This document shows positions 1-8,826 of a DNA stretch of 64,000 bases, in pieces (the stretch's first letter is position 1; each line of letters starts with the position of its first letter). A program made the position numbers and the translations under genes. The stretch is from Patescibacteria group bacterium (lineage in GTDB: Bacteria; Patescibacteriota; Saccharimonadia; UBA4664). The notes beneath the pieces were generated by a model. That model searched no databases and was not told the origin of the DNA. It was given only the letters and a program-made list of their open reading frames with translations. The stretch spans positions 30,500-94,499 of the forward strand of contig JAQGHG010000003.1 in NCBI GenBank assembly GCA_028288925.1, given 5' to 3'.

Positions 1-1456
1 ACGGGTAGTACTTTTGGATTTCGGCCAAAACAGTCGTGTTGTAGGAACCATAAGGAGTCGCGAAGTCGTCGATCGCCAGGCCCGGGAACCAACCCTGCAG
101 CGCGGTCTGAGCGCCACCCAGCTCGGCGTCCATTTGGGCAACCGTGAGGGTCGCGAGGTCGGGGTGAGTAATGGTGTGCGAAGCGATCTCACTGCCCTGA
201 GCGGCAAATGCCTGCATCATCGCTACCGTCATGTAGTCGGGCGAGCTGGTCATACCGGTCAGCAGGTACTGCGTGGAGTGGATGCCGTACTGCGAGAGCA
301 GCGGCAGGCCGTTGGTGTAAATATTGGCCCAAGCGTCGTCAAAGGTGAAGCTCACCATGCCCGAGCTGAACCCGGCGGGAGTGTAAGCGCTCAAGGCGTA
401 GTCGTCGGTGGTCAGGCTGCCCTTGGCGGCCAAGATGTGGTAAATGGTCACCGCCGTGGCGCCGGCCGGAGCCGTGAACTGGGCGGAGTACTGGGCCCAG
501 CTGCTACTGGCCGATGCCTTGGAAAGCACCTCCCACTGAGCGCCGGCTACACCATTAACGGTGTAAGCTACATCTACTTCGGTATCAACATCGGACTGGT
601 ACCAGTCGCTAAACTGATACGTGCTGCCGGCCGTCACAGGAGCAGCCGTCTGGCCCCACTTGGCGTCGCCGCCGTTGGTCGCGTCGGGCGTGTAGTTGGC
701 GTAGCTCACCTTAATGGCACGGCCGGTGTGGCCGGGAACGGTAGGCTCGTAGCCAAAAGCCGCCACGTTGTTGCCCCAGGTGTCCTGGGTCCAGCCGGTC
801 GGCACGGCGCCATTGGCCGTCTCGACCGAAGGGTTGCTGATCAAGTTGATACCAGGAGTGGGGGTCGGGCTCGGACTGGGCGAAGGACTCGCTGATGGGC
901 TAGGGGTGGGTGAAGCTACGGACGAGCTAGTCACGCTATAGAAGGCCGTACCTTCGCTTACCCAGCCACTTAAATGCTGCACAGCGTTATCGCGCTCAGC
1001 CGCATTAGTGGTAAAGAGACGCTCGTGCGTCATCCAGTTTGCTAGACGATACACCGGCACAGCCGATGTGTTGGCGGCGGGGACAGTGTAGAAAGCCGTA
1101 CCCTCGCTCACCCAACCAGCCAAGTGCTGAGCGGCGTTGTCGCGCTCAGCTGCGCTAGTGGTAAAGAGACGCTCATGCGTCATCCAGTTCGCCAGGCGGT
1201 ACACCGGCACTGCTTGCGGCTCAGAGGCCTGCACGCTATCAAAGGCCGTACCCTCGCTTACCCAACCAGCCAAATGCTGCACAGCGTTATCCCGCTCGGC
1301 CGCATTAGTGGTAAAGAGACGCTCGTGCGTCATAAAGTTAGCCAGCCGGTACACCGGAACAGTGCTGGTAGCTGCCTGCGCCGGCATAATGCTCGACAAC
1401 ACGCTGAAAGTTAATAGTGATACTGCCGCCAGTGCTGCGGTAATGCGATGCTTCAT
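1..1456 (-). CDS. Secreted polysaccharide deacetylase (NodB/CE4 domain) with signal peptide, three 50-aa tandem repeats, PT-rich linker and a carbohydrate-binding-like domain. Partial: the C-terminus lies beyond the window start.
   Basis: Minus-strand translation from ATG 1454-1456 gives MKHRITAALAAVSLLTFSVLSSIMPAQA (signal peptide). Three repeats follow (VPVYRLANxMTHERLFTTxAAERDNAVQHLAGWVSEGTAF), then PTPSPSASPSPSPTPTP. NodB motifs appear in order: FTFDDAW, SHTITHP, ATPYG. The ORF is absent from the ORF track because no stop lies in the window. Confidence 0.7.
   Translation of the reverse strand, partial: MKHRITAALAAVSLLTFSVLSSIMPAQAATSTVPVYRLANFMTHERLFTTNAAERDNAVQHLAGWVSEGTAFDSVQASEPQAVPVYRLANWMTHERLFTTSAAERDNAAQHLAGWVSEGTAFYTVPAANTSAVPVYRLANWMTHERLFTTNAAERDNAVQHLSGWVSEGTAFYSVTSSSVASPTPSPSASPSPSPSPTPTPGINLISNPSVETANGAVPTGWTQDTWGNNVAAFGYEPTVPGHTGRAIKVSYANYTPDATNGGDAKWGQTAAPVTAGSTYQFSDWYQSDVDTEVDVAYTVNGVAGAQWEVLSKASASSSWAQYSAQFTAPAGATAVTIYHILAAKGSLTTDDYALSAYTPAGFSSGMVSFTFDDAWANIYTNGLPLLSQYGIHSTQYLLTGMTSSPDYMTVAMMQAFAAQGSEIASHTITHPDLATLTVAQMDAELGGAQTALQGWFPGLAIDDFATPYGSYNTTVLAEIQKYYP
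920..1369 (-). repeat. 3 x 150-bp in-frame tandem repeat inside the deacetylase gene, encoding three 50-aa cell-wall-binding-like repeats.
   Basis: Near-identical 150-nt units are visible at about 942, 1092 and 1242 (gaaggccgtaccttcgcttacccagcc...). Confidence 0.75.
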
Positions 1457-1474
1457 AGTTTGGACCATTCGGGT

Positions 1475-1558
1475 TAAAAATAAAAAGAGGCATAATGCCT
1501 CCGTTTCGATCTTGCGATCGTATATCCAGACTATAGCACATTCGTACAGGGCAGTCAA
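1475..1558 (-). promoter_or_regulatory. Sigma70-like promoter for the deacetylase gene (TTGACT-N17-TATAGT), followed in the leader by a hairpin plus U-run.
   Basis: Minus strand: TTGACT (plus 1553-1558) and TATAGT (plus 1530-1535). Leader hairpin GAGGCAT-A-ATGCCTC at 1487-1501 is followed on the minus strand by CTTTTTATTTTT. Confidence 0.5.
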
Positions 1559-1594
1559 CAGTTTGAGTAACAATCTCCAGTCAGCGGGCTTAGA

Positions 1595-1623
1595 TTGACA
1601 AAACACCCATGAATATGTAGAGT
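1595..1623 (+). promoter_or_regulatory. Sigma70-like promoter, TTGACA-N17-TAGAGT, for the YdcF-like gene.
   Basis: ttgaca at 1595-1600, tagagt at 1618-1623, spacer 17 nt. Confidence 0.5.
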
Positions 1624-1675
1624 ACTCACGTCCTGCTCAACCCTCAACCAACCCTCAATCCAGGAGGTGGTTCGG

Positions 1676-2356
1676 GTGGAATCCCCGGATCTCAGCACGA
1701 CCGAAGAGATGTTCAACTACGTCTCGCAGGGCACCCCTGCTCCGCTCACTCCCACCGCTGTGGCCTTCACCTTCGGCCGCCTCGACCCGCTGGTACCGAA
1801 GAAGGCCGCCGAGCTCTACCGCAGGCGCCTCGTCTCCAAGGTGCTCTTCACGGGCGGTGTGGGCAAGGACTCGGGAGCTCTGGCCGAACACGGCATCCCC
1901 GAGGCCGTCTACTGCGCGATCGTCGCGAACACCCGGGGGGTCCTCTTCGAGGACATCCTCATCGAGAAGAAGGCCCACAACGGAGCCGAGAACTGCGAGT
2001 ATGGCCTGAAGACACTCCTTCATGCCCTTCCTCAGGCCACCCGCCTCACCGTGGTGAGCCACGCCCTCTCGGCGCGGCGGCTCACCGCCCAGCTCGAGAC
2101 GGCCGCTCGCCGAATCGAGAGGGAGTTCGACAAAATCCAGGTGGTCCCGACCGACTACGAACCCAACCCGCAGAACCTCGCAGACGTCAGGGAGGCGGCC
2201 GAGGAGCTCGCCCGTCTGGTCACGTGGCCGCACAAGCGCGGCGGCGACGGCTTCGTCTGGATCACCGGGCACCTGCAGACCCTGCCCGACCCCGTTCCGG
2301 CGCACCTCGTCGCGCTGGCCGAACGCATCCTCGGCAGGCAGCTCGTCGGGGCGTAA
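1676..2356 (+). CDS. YdcF/DUF218 (SanA/ElyC-like) family protein.
   Basis: LFTGGVGKDSG and HNGAENCEYGL (S-N-T-E-N-A type) motifs. AGGAGG at 1662-1667 sits 8 nt before GTG 1676; the ORF-track start at 1667 directly abuts the SD. Very high GC. Confidence 0.6.
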   Translation: MESPDLSTTEEMFNYVSQGTPAPLTPTAVAFTFGRLDPLVPKKAAELYRRRLVSKVLFTGGVGKDSGALAEHGIPEAVYCAIVANTRGVLFEDILIEKKAHNGAENCEYGLKTLLHALPQATRLTVVSHALSARRLTAQLETAARRIEREFDKIQVVPTDYEPNPQNLADVREAAEELARLVTWPHKRGGDGFVWITGHLQTLPDPVPAHLVALAERILGRQLVGA

Positions 2357-2384
2357 CCCGCGCCCCGTCCCATCCACCACGACC

Positions 2385-2409
2385 CGGCGGGAAGTTCCCG
2401 CCGGGTCTT
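2385..2409. terminator. GC-rich hairpin between convergent genes (CCCGGCGGGA-agt-TCCCGCCGGG).
   Basis: Perfect 10-bp stem seen directly between the YdcF-like stop (2356) and the GtrA stop (2418). Confidence 0.5.
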
Positions 2410-2417
2410 CCTACGTC

Positions 2418-2903
2418 TTAACCTTTTTGCGCGTCTTTGCCCGGTTCCGGATCAAAAAAAATATACTTCTTCCGGTACCAAAAGTTCCAAAAAAACGTCA
2501 CACAAATCGCGATCAACTTACCCACCAGCGGCATGGTCTTCATTACTTCCACCACAAACACCGTCACTGCCGTTTGCAATATCAGCCCGATCACACTAGC
2601 GAACACTACCAGCATAAATTCCTTGCGCGCCGCGTGTGGGCGGTGGTTGAACACAAACGCCTGACTCAAATACCAGTTCAAGATGATCGCGATGATCATA
2701 CTCACAGGTGTCGCGACCACGTAGGAAATTCCGGCCATCACCATGAGTTGGAAGGTCGCCACTTCCACGCCCACCAAGACCACCGCCATCGCCAAATACC
2801 GCCACAATTCCGGCGTCAAATGCCGGGCAACCAGCCTCTTAGTGAGGCTCAACATGATGGCCCACGTACTTATCGAGCTCTTCCGGCGTGCCAAACGAGC
2901 CAA
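2418..2903 (-). CDS. GtrA-family membrane protein (polysaccharide synthesis or translocation).
   Basis: About 160 aa with four predicted TM helices and GtrA-like hydrophobic pattern. Lower GC. The start may be the internal Met (about 2855), which would reduce the overlap with the upstream gene. Confidence 0.6.
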   Translation of the reverse strand: MARLARRKSSISTWAIMLSLTKRLVARHLTPELWRYLAMAVVLVGVEVATFQLMVMAGISYVVATPVSMIIAIILNWYLSQAFVFNHRPHAARKEFMLVVFASVIGLILQTAVTVFVVEVMKTMPLVGKLIAICVTFFWNFWYRKKYIFFDPEPGKDAQKG

Positions 2904-3588
2904 ACTCGCCCACCGGCGCGGTCTGCACCTGGCCGCCTCCCTGCAAAATCATATTAAAGAGGGGAGAAATGTAGTATTCCTTCAGCTCCGCCGTTAACGG
3001 CTGGGCCAGGAGCTTATTGGCCGCATCCACAAACACCGATGCCCTACCAAAGTAGTAGGCGCCCCAGATAGCGCGGTTCGATATCGCCACCTTTTCGGCG
3101 GTGCGGATCGCAAAGCCCTGGTCATCTGTCTGCACGAAGCTATACCGCGGGTCGGTCGATTCAAACGTCAGCAGCCCAGCTGCGATATCAGCCTTTCCGC
3201 TCAGAGAATCCTCGACCATGTGGTTGTAGGCCTGGCTGGCAAACCAAAAGTCGCAGTCCATGAAGATCACGCCGTCGTCGGCCTCCAAGTGTGGCTCGGC
3301 CCGCAATGCATCGCGTGTAGCCCCGATCGGCTCCTCGTCGGTCATCACAATATTGGCCTCAGGTAGCTTCGCCTTGAGCTGCTTCTGCAGATCATACTGC
3401 TCGTCGTGCTCCTTACGGATGATGATGGTATAAGCCTTGGGCGCCTCAATCGCGTCAAAGCTGCTCAGAGCCTTCAGAAACATCGGCTGGCCGTCTACTT
3501 CGATTAACGGCTTGGGAGTCTTGTAGCCAATCTTGGCAAACCGCGAACCACGTCCCGCCATGGGCATTACGATATGGAGCCGTCTCAT
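2839..3588 (-). CDS. Sugar-phosphate nucleotidyltransferase (MobA-like NTP-transferase fold).
   Basis: MPMAGRGSRF, the G-x-G-x-R NTP-transferase motif, near the N-terminus. Abuts the GT2 gene. Confidence 0.65.
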   Translation of the reverse strand: MRRLHIVMPMAGRGSRFAKIGYKTPKPLIEVDGQPMFLKALSSFDAIEAPKAYTIIIRKEHDEQYDLQKQLKAKLPEANIVMTDEEPIGATRDALRAEPHLEADDGVIFMDCDFWFASQAYNHMVEDSLSGKADIAAGLLTFESTDPRYSFVQTDDQGFAIRTAEKVAISNRAIWGAYYFGRASVFVDAANKLLAQPLTAELKEYYISPLFNMILQGGGQVQTAPVGEFGSFGTPEELDKYVGHHVEPH

Positions 3589-4374
3589 TTATGCTTTCTC
3601 CTTAATATAGGGGGATGATGTATACTTCCCGGCCGGCTGAGGGCTAAACTTGAGCGCGCCAAACCGCCACAGCAGTAATTGCTGGATCGCCCGCTTGCCT
3701 ACCGCCACATTGCGCGCGTTCGTCACTTGATCTTCTTCGGTCCACGTAATCGGCACGAACTTGAGCTTGGTATTCTTGCTGTAATAATCCAGCAGCAAGT
3801 CAAAATTAAACGTCATGCGGTCATCGAAGCCCAGGTACCGGTGATCGGCCAAATTCTTGAGCCGGAAGAGATTCAGGCCCGAGCCCAAATCCAGCGTGCG
3901 GTGGAAGGTGAGTAAGGTATACATCAGGTTAAACACCCGGTTGCCCCAAATGCGTTCCCAAGCATAGCCCCGAAGCGTCGAGCCGCGCATAAACCGCGAA
4001 CCCAATACGGCGCCCAGTTCGGGATCCTTCTCGGCGGCGTCCAATAGGTTGTTTAGCTCGGGCGCCTTGGCCTGGTCATCACCATGCAAGATCGCCACGT
4101 AGTCCGCGCCGATCTTCTCGCCGTACAGAAACGCCATCTTGTGTGACCCACCCAGGCCCAGGTTGACGTCGTTGCGTACCACCTTAATCTTAGAGTGGTC
4201 GAACGGTAGCTTCTTGAGCTCCGCTAGCGCGGCCGCACCCGTATCGTCTTTACCTTGGTCATCAATTACGATCACCTCTGTCACTCTTGCCAATAACTTC
4301 TCATCAAAGCCGGCCAGTACCCGGCCGATCTGTGGCGCACAATTGTACGACGGAATCGCCACTAAAACCTTCAT
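3589..4374 (-). CDS. Family 2 glycosyltransferase (Dpm1-like).
   Basis: N-terminal VAIPSYNCAPQIGRVL...VIDDQGKDDT pattern typical of GT2 enzymes. Confidence 0.75.
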   Translation of the reverse strand: MKVLVAIPSYNCAPQIGRVLAGFDEKLLARVTEVIVIDDQGKDDTGAAALAELKKLPFDHSKIKVVRNDVNLGLGGSHKMAFLYGEKIGADYVAILHGDDQAKAPELNNLLDAAEKDPELGAVLGSRFMRGSTLRGYAWERIWGNRVFNLMYTLLTFHRTLDLGSGLNLFRLKNLADHRYLGFDDRMTFNFDLLLDYYSKNTKLKFVPITWTEEDQVTNARNVAVGKRAIQQLLLWRFGALKFSPQPAGKYTSSPYIKEKA

Positions 4375-4424
4375 AACTACTCCTTTGCTTGCCCCCTAGC
4401 TTAATACATCCCTTTTAAATGGAA

Positions 4425-4452
4425 CAGCCCACCCTCCGAAGAGGGTGGGCTG
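4425..4452 (-). terminator. Stem-loop downstream of IMPase-family gene 1 (CAGCCCACCCTC-cgaa-GAGGGTGGGCTG).
   Basis: Perfect 12-bp inverted repeat about 50 nt past the stop at 4502. Only a short U tract follows on the minus strand. Confidence 0.4.
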
Positions 4453-4501
4453 GCCGCTCGAGTGAGCGGCGGTTGTGGGCGAATGGGCCGGACGCGTTTC
4501 G

Positions 4502-5401
4502 TCAGCCGAAGGCGCGCATGATGGCTCCCCGGAGGAAGTCGAACCCGTCCCCCGTGCCGGCGGTGAGGAGGAAGTCGTAGCCGAAGGGATCGAGGGGGTC
4601 GCACTCGACGAGCCGGCGGTCGTCCGTGACGAGGAAGCCGGCGGCCATTCCGCCGGACCGAACCACATGGAGCGCCCCGGCGCAGTCGTACGGGCCACCC
4701 ATGGCCAGCGTGAGTGTGCCGGCCACGCCTGTCGGGGACGGGTGACCGAGCGTACTTCCGTCGGCACCCCTGGCATGATGCATGCCGTTGGAGCCGAAGC
4801 AGTTGATCTTCACCCGGCCGACCAGTTCGGAGACGAGGCGTTTGATGCCATCGTTGTCCCACACGAGCTTGGTGCCTCCATGGGCCCTGAACTCGCCGAG
4901 CAGGTCGATCAGGACGACGCCCTTCTCGAACGGCCCCTCCCAGACCCGGCAGGTCTTGGGCGGGCGGCCATCGACGAGCAGTGTGCAGTCGGTGGCGTCG
5001 GCCACCCAGATCCGGCCGGTGCCGGGATCGCCGATGACGGTGCAGACGATTTGCTTGTACCGCCGGTCGTACAGCGCGATGATCACGGTGCATGAGGCTA
5101 TGCCCAGCGCGAGGGCCAGCGTACCGTCGACCGGATCGATCAGTACGCAGTACCGCACCGATTCCTTGAGGCCCAGCCAGCCGGCCTCCTCGCGGAGGAT
5201 GGGCAGTCCGAGCGTCCTCAGCTCGTTGGTCGCGGCATCCTCGCTCGCGCGGTCTGCTGCGGTCACGACGGTCTGGTCGGCGGACTTGCGCCGGATGTCG
5301 TTCAGGTCGACAGCGCCGGTCTGGTACGGTCTGATGACGGCCATCGAGGCGCGAACGCCTTTGATGGCCTGCTGCCGGAAACCGGCAACGATGCTAGACA
5401 T
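4502..5401 (-). CDS. Inositol-monophosphatase family protein (IMPase / CysQ-like phosphatase), paralog 1.
   Basis: LIDPVDGT (DPIDGT motif) and WDxxAG-like region. Very high GC. Confidence 0.8.
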   Translation of the reverse strand: MSSIVAGFRQQAIKGVRASMAVIRPYQTGAVDLNDIRRKSADQTVVTAADRASEDAATNELRTLGLPILREEAGWLGLKESVRYCVLIDPVDGTLALALGIASCTVIIALYDRRYKQIVCTVIGDPGTGRIWVADATDCTLLVDGRPPKTCRVWEGPFEKGVVLIDLLGEFRAHGGTKLVWDNDGIKRLVSELVGRVKINCFGSNGMHHARGADGSTLGHPSPTGVAGTLTLAMGGPYDCAGALHVVRSGGMAAGFLVTDDRRLVECDPLDPFGYDFLLTAGTGDGFDFLRGAIMRAFG

Positions 5402-5491
5402 GCAGAATCAACTCCAGGGGTGTAGGAACGGGGGAGAGGAACAGGGGGCAGAACTGCTATACGATAACACAATCAACAAAAATTACAAGTC

Positions 5492-6421
5492 CTATGCAAA
5501 CGTCCGTACCAAAACCTCGCTCAAAGCCTCCAATGTCCGCTCATTGTTAGCTACCAAGAGCATGTCGTAAGCGGTGGGGTCGAGCGGATCACGCTGCTCC
5601 AACTGGCGCTGCTCGGTTACCCAAAACCCACGGGCCGCGCCGCCGGCCCTCAGCACCAAGAGAGCCCCGGCGCAGTCCCACCAGCTACCCATGCCCAGCG
5701 TCAATCCCGCTGCCACCCCAATGGTTGCATCGGTCGAATACGCCCCGTCCGCCACCATTGCCTGGTGAAAACCGTTGGAGCCATATGATTGAATAACTAC
5801 CTGGTCAAACAGCGCCTCGTACAGCTTCAAGCAGCCCTCTGCGCACAGCACCTGCTTGGTGCCCGAATGGGCCTTAAACGGCCGGAACTTATCAATCAGT
5901 ACCGTAGTAGTCCGGGAGAGCTCACCCGGCCAGGTCCGGCATTCCACTGTCTGCTGTGGCGTATCGGCAAGATCGCTTCCATGAACCAATCGCCGGCAGC
6001 CGGCGTTGTCGGCCACCCATACTCGTCCCGTCGCTGGGTGCCCAATCGCCGCGCCTACCAGCTGCCGTGCGTCACGCGAGTACAGCGCCACCATGGTGGT
6101 CGAAGTAGCGGTGCCGGTCGCGAACGATCGGGTGCCGTCGATCGGGTCAATGATTATAAAATACGGCGCATCAACCTGTTCGCCCGTCCAGCCGTCCTCT
6201 TCGCCCAAGATTGGCACGTTCGGCAGCGCGGCTCGCAGCATTGTCACCATCACGGCCTCACATGCATGATCAGCCTCAGTCACCAGCGAGGCATCTGCCT
6301 GCTTCATCTCTGAAGCGCTCACTATCTGGGCGCCCCGCTGATAAGCTGCGACAACCCGCATCGCCTCCAGTACCGCCTTGGGCGCAATCTCACCAAAGGT
6401 AGCAAGCGGCGATTCCCGCAA
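5492..6421 (-). CDS. Inositol-monophosphatase family protein, paralog 2.
   Basis: IIDPIDGT motif and EEDGW upstream motif. Tandem with paralog 1. Confidence 0.8.
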   Translation of the reverse strand: MRESPLATFGEIAPKAVLEAMRVVAAYQRGAQIVSASEMKQADASLVTEADHACEAVMVTMLRAALPNVPILGEEDGWTGEQVDAPYFIIIDPIDGTRSFATGTATSTTMVALYSRDARQLVGAAIGHPATGRVWVADNAGCRRLVHGSDLADTPQQTVECRTWPGELSRTTTVLIDKFRPFKAHSGTKQVLCAEGCLKLYEALFDQVVIQSYGSNGFHQAMVADGAYSTDATIGVAAGLTLGMGSWWDCAGALLVLRAGGAARGFWVTEQRQLEQRDPLDPTAYDMLLVANNERTLEALSEVLVRTFA

Positions 6422-6427
6422 GGTAAC

Positions 6428-7297
6428 CTACCCGCGCCCTTCCAGCAGCCCCTTCAAATACTTCCCGTATCCACTTTTCACCAGCGGCGCCGCCAGCGCC
6501 TCCAATTGCTCATCAGTAATAAACTTCTCTCGCCAGGCCACTTCCTCGATACAACCAATCTTAAATGCCATACGCTCCTCGATGATCTGCACAAAGGTCG
6601 CCGCGTCCATCATCGATTGGAAGGTGCCGGTATCCAGCCAGGCCGTGCCGCGGTCCAGCAGCGACACTTTGAGGTTGCCCTGGCGCCGGTACGCGTCCAG
6701 TACTTCGGTGATCTCCACCTCGCCACGCGGGCTCGGCTTCACATTGCGGGCAATCTCCACAACATCGTTATCGGTAAAGTACAGCCCTGCGTTAGCGTAG
6801 TTCGATCTTGGCTTCTCCGGCTTCTCTTCGATCGAGATCACCTTCATGTCTTTATCAAACTCGTACACCCCATACCGCTCCGGGTCCTTCACCGGCGCGG
6901 CAAAACCTACTGCGCCGTCGATGTCGGTGTACTTCTTGAGCTTCTCGCCCATTTGCGTGCCGTAAAACAGGTTATCGCCCAAGATCATAGCGACTTTATC
7001 GTTGCCAATAAAGTCCGCTCCTACCAGATAAGCATCGGCCAATCCGCGCGGCTTCTCCTGCACCTTGTAGGTAAAGTTGCAGCCAATCTGCTCGCCGCTT
7101 CCCAGCAGCTCCTCGAACCGCGGCAGGTCCTTGGGCGTCGAGATGATCAGAACATCACGAATCCCCGCGCTCATCAGCGTACTCAGCGGATAGTAAATCA
7201 TCGGCTTGTCATACACCGGCACTAATTGCTTAATAACACCCTTGGTGATTGGATACAGACGCGTTCCCGAACCACCTGCCAGAATAATGCCTCTCAT
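6428..7297 (-). CDS. rfbA: Glucose-1-phosphate thymidylyltransferase.
   Basis: MRGIILAGGSGTRLYPIT... is a classic RmlA N-terminus. ATG at 7295-7297 with AGGTAGG 7 nt upstream. The ORF-track TTG start at 7318 is probably too long. Confidence 0.9.
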   Translation of the reverse strand: MRGIILAGGSGTRLYPITKGVIKQLVPVYDKPMIYYPLSTLMSAGIRDVLIISTPKDLPRFEELLGSGEQIGCNFTYKVQEKPRGLADAYLVGADFIGNDKVAMILGDNLFYGTQMGEKLKKYTDIDGAVGFAAPVKDPERYGVYEFDKDMKVISIEEKPEKPRSNYANAGLYFTDNDVVEIARNVKPSPRGEVEITEVLDAYRRQGNLKVSLLDRGTAWLDTGTFQSMMDAATFVQIIEERMAFKIGCIEEVAWREKFITDEQLEALAAPLVKSGYGKYLKGLLEGRG

Positions 7298-7373
7298 AAA
7301 AGAAAACCTACCTATCAATTACCGGTCCATGATAACAGATGGGCCACCCGTAAGGATAGGCGGCCCATCTACC

Positions 7374-8234
7374 TTACCGGGCGCGTGTCTCATTCTTAAT
7401 ATACTCAGCCAAATCCTGGCGCCAATCCCGCGGCTTCACGCCTTCGGCTTCAATCTTGCTCAGGTCCATCGCGCTCTGTAGCGGCCGGGGCGCCGCCTCG
7501 GGCTTGTCTTGGAAGTACTCTTTGGTACTAATGCCCGTCACGGTCAAATCGTCCCGCCCCAGCTCCCCAAATATGGCTCGGGTGATCTCTGCCCAATCCG
7601 CCGGCTCACCACCGTTTGATAAGTTATAAATACCATAACCACTCTTGGACTCCAGCAGCTTCTCGATCCCGTCCACCAGTGTCTTGGTGAACGTCAGCCG
7701 GCCCACCTGGTCGTTCACTACCTTGGGCGAAATGTTCTTCGCCGCCAGACCCATCATCGTGCGCACGAAGTTGGGCCCGTCGCCGATCAGCCAGCTCACC
7801 CGCGCTACATAGTGCTTGGGTACGGCGCCCACCACGATATCGCCCGCCGCCTTGGTCTGCGCGTATACCCCGAGCGGCGACACCGGCTCGTCCTCGGTGT
7901 GCGGAACTTTGGTGCCGTCGAAGACGTACTCGCTCGACACATGCACCATCGTCAGATCGCGCTTGGTCGCCACGCGCGCCAAGTTTGCCACCGCCTGAGC
8001 ATTAATCTGCCAAGCCGCCACCCGGCCTTCGGGCTTCTCAGCGCCGTCTACATTGGTATAAGCAGCCGCATTCAAGACCACGTCAACCTTCGACCAATCA
8101 AAGGCCTCCAGCGCGGCGGCGTTCGTAATATCCAGTCCGTCCCTATCTACCGCGATAGCTTTGGGAAAGCGCTCTTGCAAGGCCTTGCCCAGCTGCCCGT
8201 AGGCGCCGATTATCAGAAATCGCGATGAGTCCAC
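7374..8234 (-). CDS. rfbD: dTDP-4-dehydrorhamnose reductase.
   Basis: FLIIGAYGQLG Rossmann motif and RmlD-like length. Operon position between rfbC and rfbA. Confidence 0.85.
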   Translation of the reverse strand: MDSSRFLIIGAYGQLGKALQERFPKAIAVDRDGLDITNAAALEAFDWSKVDVVLNAAAYTNVDGAEKPEGRVAAWQINAQAVANLARVATKRDLTMVHVSSEYVFDGTKVPHTEDEPVSPLGVYAQTKAAGDIVVGAVPKHYVARVSWLIGDGPNFVRTMMGLAAKNISPKVVNDQVGRLTFTKTLVDGIEKLLESKSGYGIYNLSNGGEPADWAEITRAIFGELGRDDLTVTGISTKEYFQDKPEAAPRPLQSAMDLSKIEAEGVKPRDWRQDLAEYIKNETRAR

Positions 8235-8801
8235 TTATACCTCCATCGGTTTAACGTCTTTGAGCACGGGGTGGTTGCGGTCTTTCTCGGACAAGATGGC
8301 TTCATCGAGCGGAATAGGCCATCGCACGTTGAGCGTCGGGTCGGCCAGGTTCACAAATGAATACTTCTCGTAGGCGTCCGGCGTCCAGTGCTTGTTAACG
8401 CTATACAAGTAATAAAGATCATCGGTCAGGCACTGGTACGAATTGCCTACGCCGGCCGGCACAAACACCGCTTTCTCGGGTGTCAGCTCCAGCGTCACCA
8501 GCTTGCCGAAGCTCTCGCCCTGGCGCAGGTCGGCGTACGCCACAAACGCCTTGCCGTTCACGACCGACACATACTTGTCCCATGGCTCGGCATGAAAGCC
8601 GCGCGTCACGCCCTTCTTATTGAAGGCCAAACTATTCTGGACCACATTAAAGGCTTCCGGCAGACCGGCGGCCACCAATTTGCCCTTGTGAAACTTCTCC
8701 TGAAAATAGCCCCGCTCATCGCCCACCAGGGTCACATCAAAAATCAACAAACCCGGAATATCTGTTTGGTGGCCGGTTACTTCGGTGGTTGGTACTGCCA
8801 T
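8235..8801 (-). CDS. rfbC: dTDP-4-dehydrorhamnose 3,5-epimerase.
   Basis: RmlC cupin pattern (RGFHAEPW..., YYLYS...) and about 188 aa. Confidence 0.85.
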   Translation of the reverse strand: MAVPTTEVTGHQTDIPGLLIFDVTLVGDERGYFQEKFHKGKLVAAGLPEAFNVVQNSLAFNKKGVTRGFHAEPWDKYVSVVNGKAFVAYADLRQGESFGKLVTLELTPEKAVFVPAGVGNSYQCLTDDLYYLYSVNKHWTPDAYEKYSFVNLADPTLNVRWPIPLDEAILSEKDRNHPVLKDVKPMEV

Positions 8802-8826
8802 TAGTTCTTCACTCCCTTAAGTATCG

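Noticed and set aside
14-895. 293-aa plus-strand ORF, and similar long ORFs at 1655..2380 (-), 4401..5093 (-), 16405..17895 (-), 45807..46784 (-) and 51055..52164 (-).
   Set aside because: These are Arg/Gly/Ala/Val-rich antisense shadow ORFs typical of high-GC DNA. In each case the opposite strand encodes a protein with clear conserved motifs (NodB deacetylase, YdcF, IMPase, VanW, AtpA, ABC transporter).
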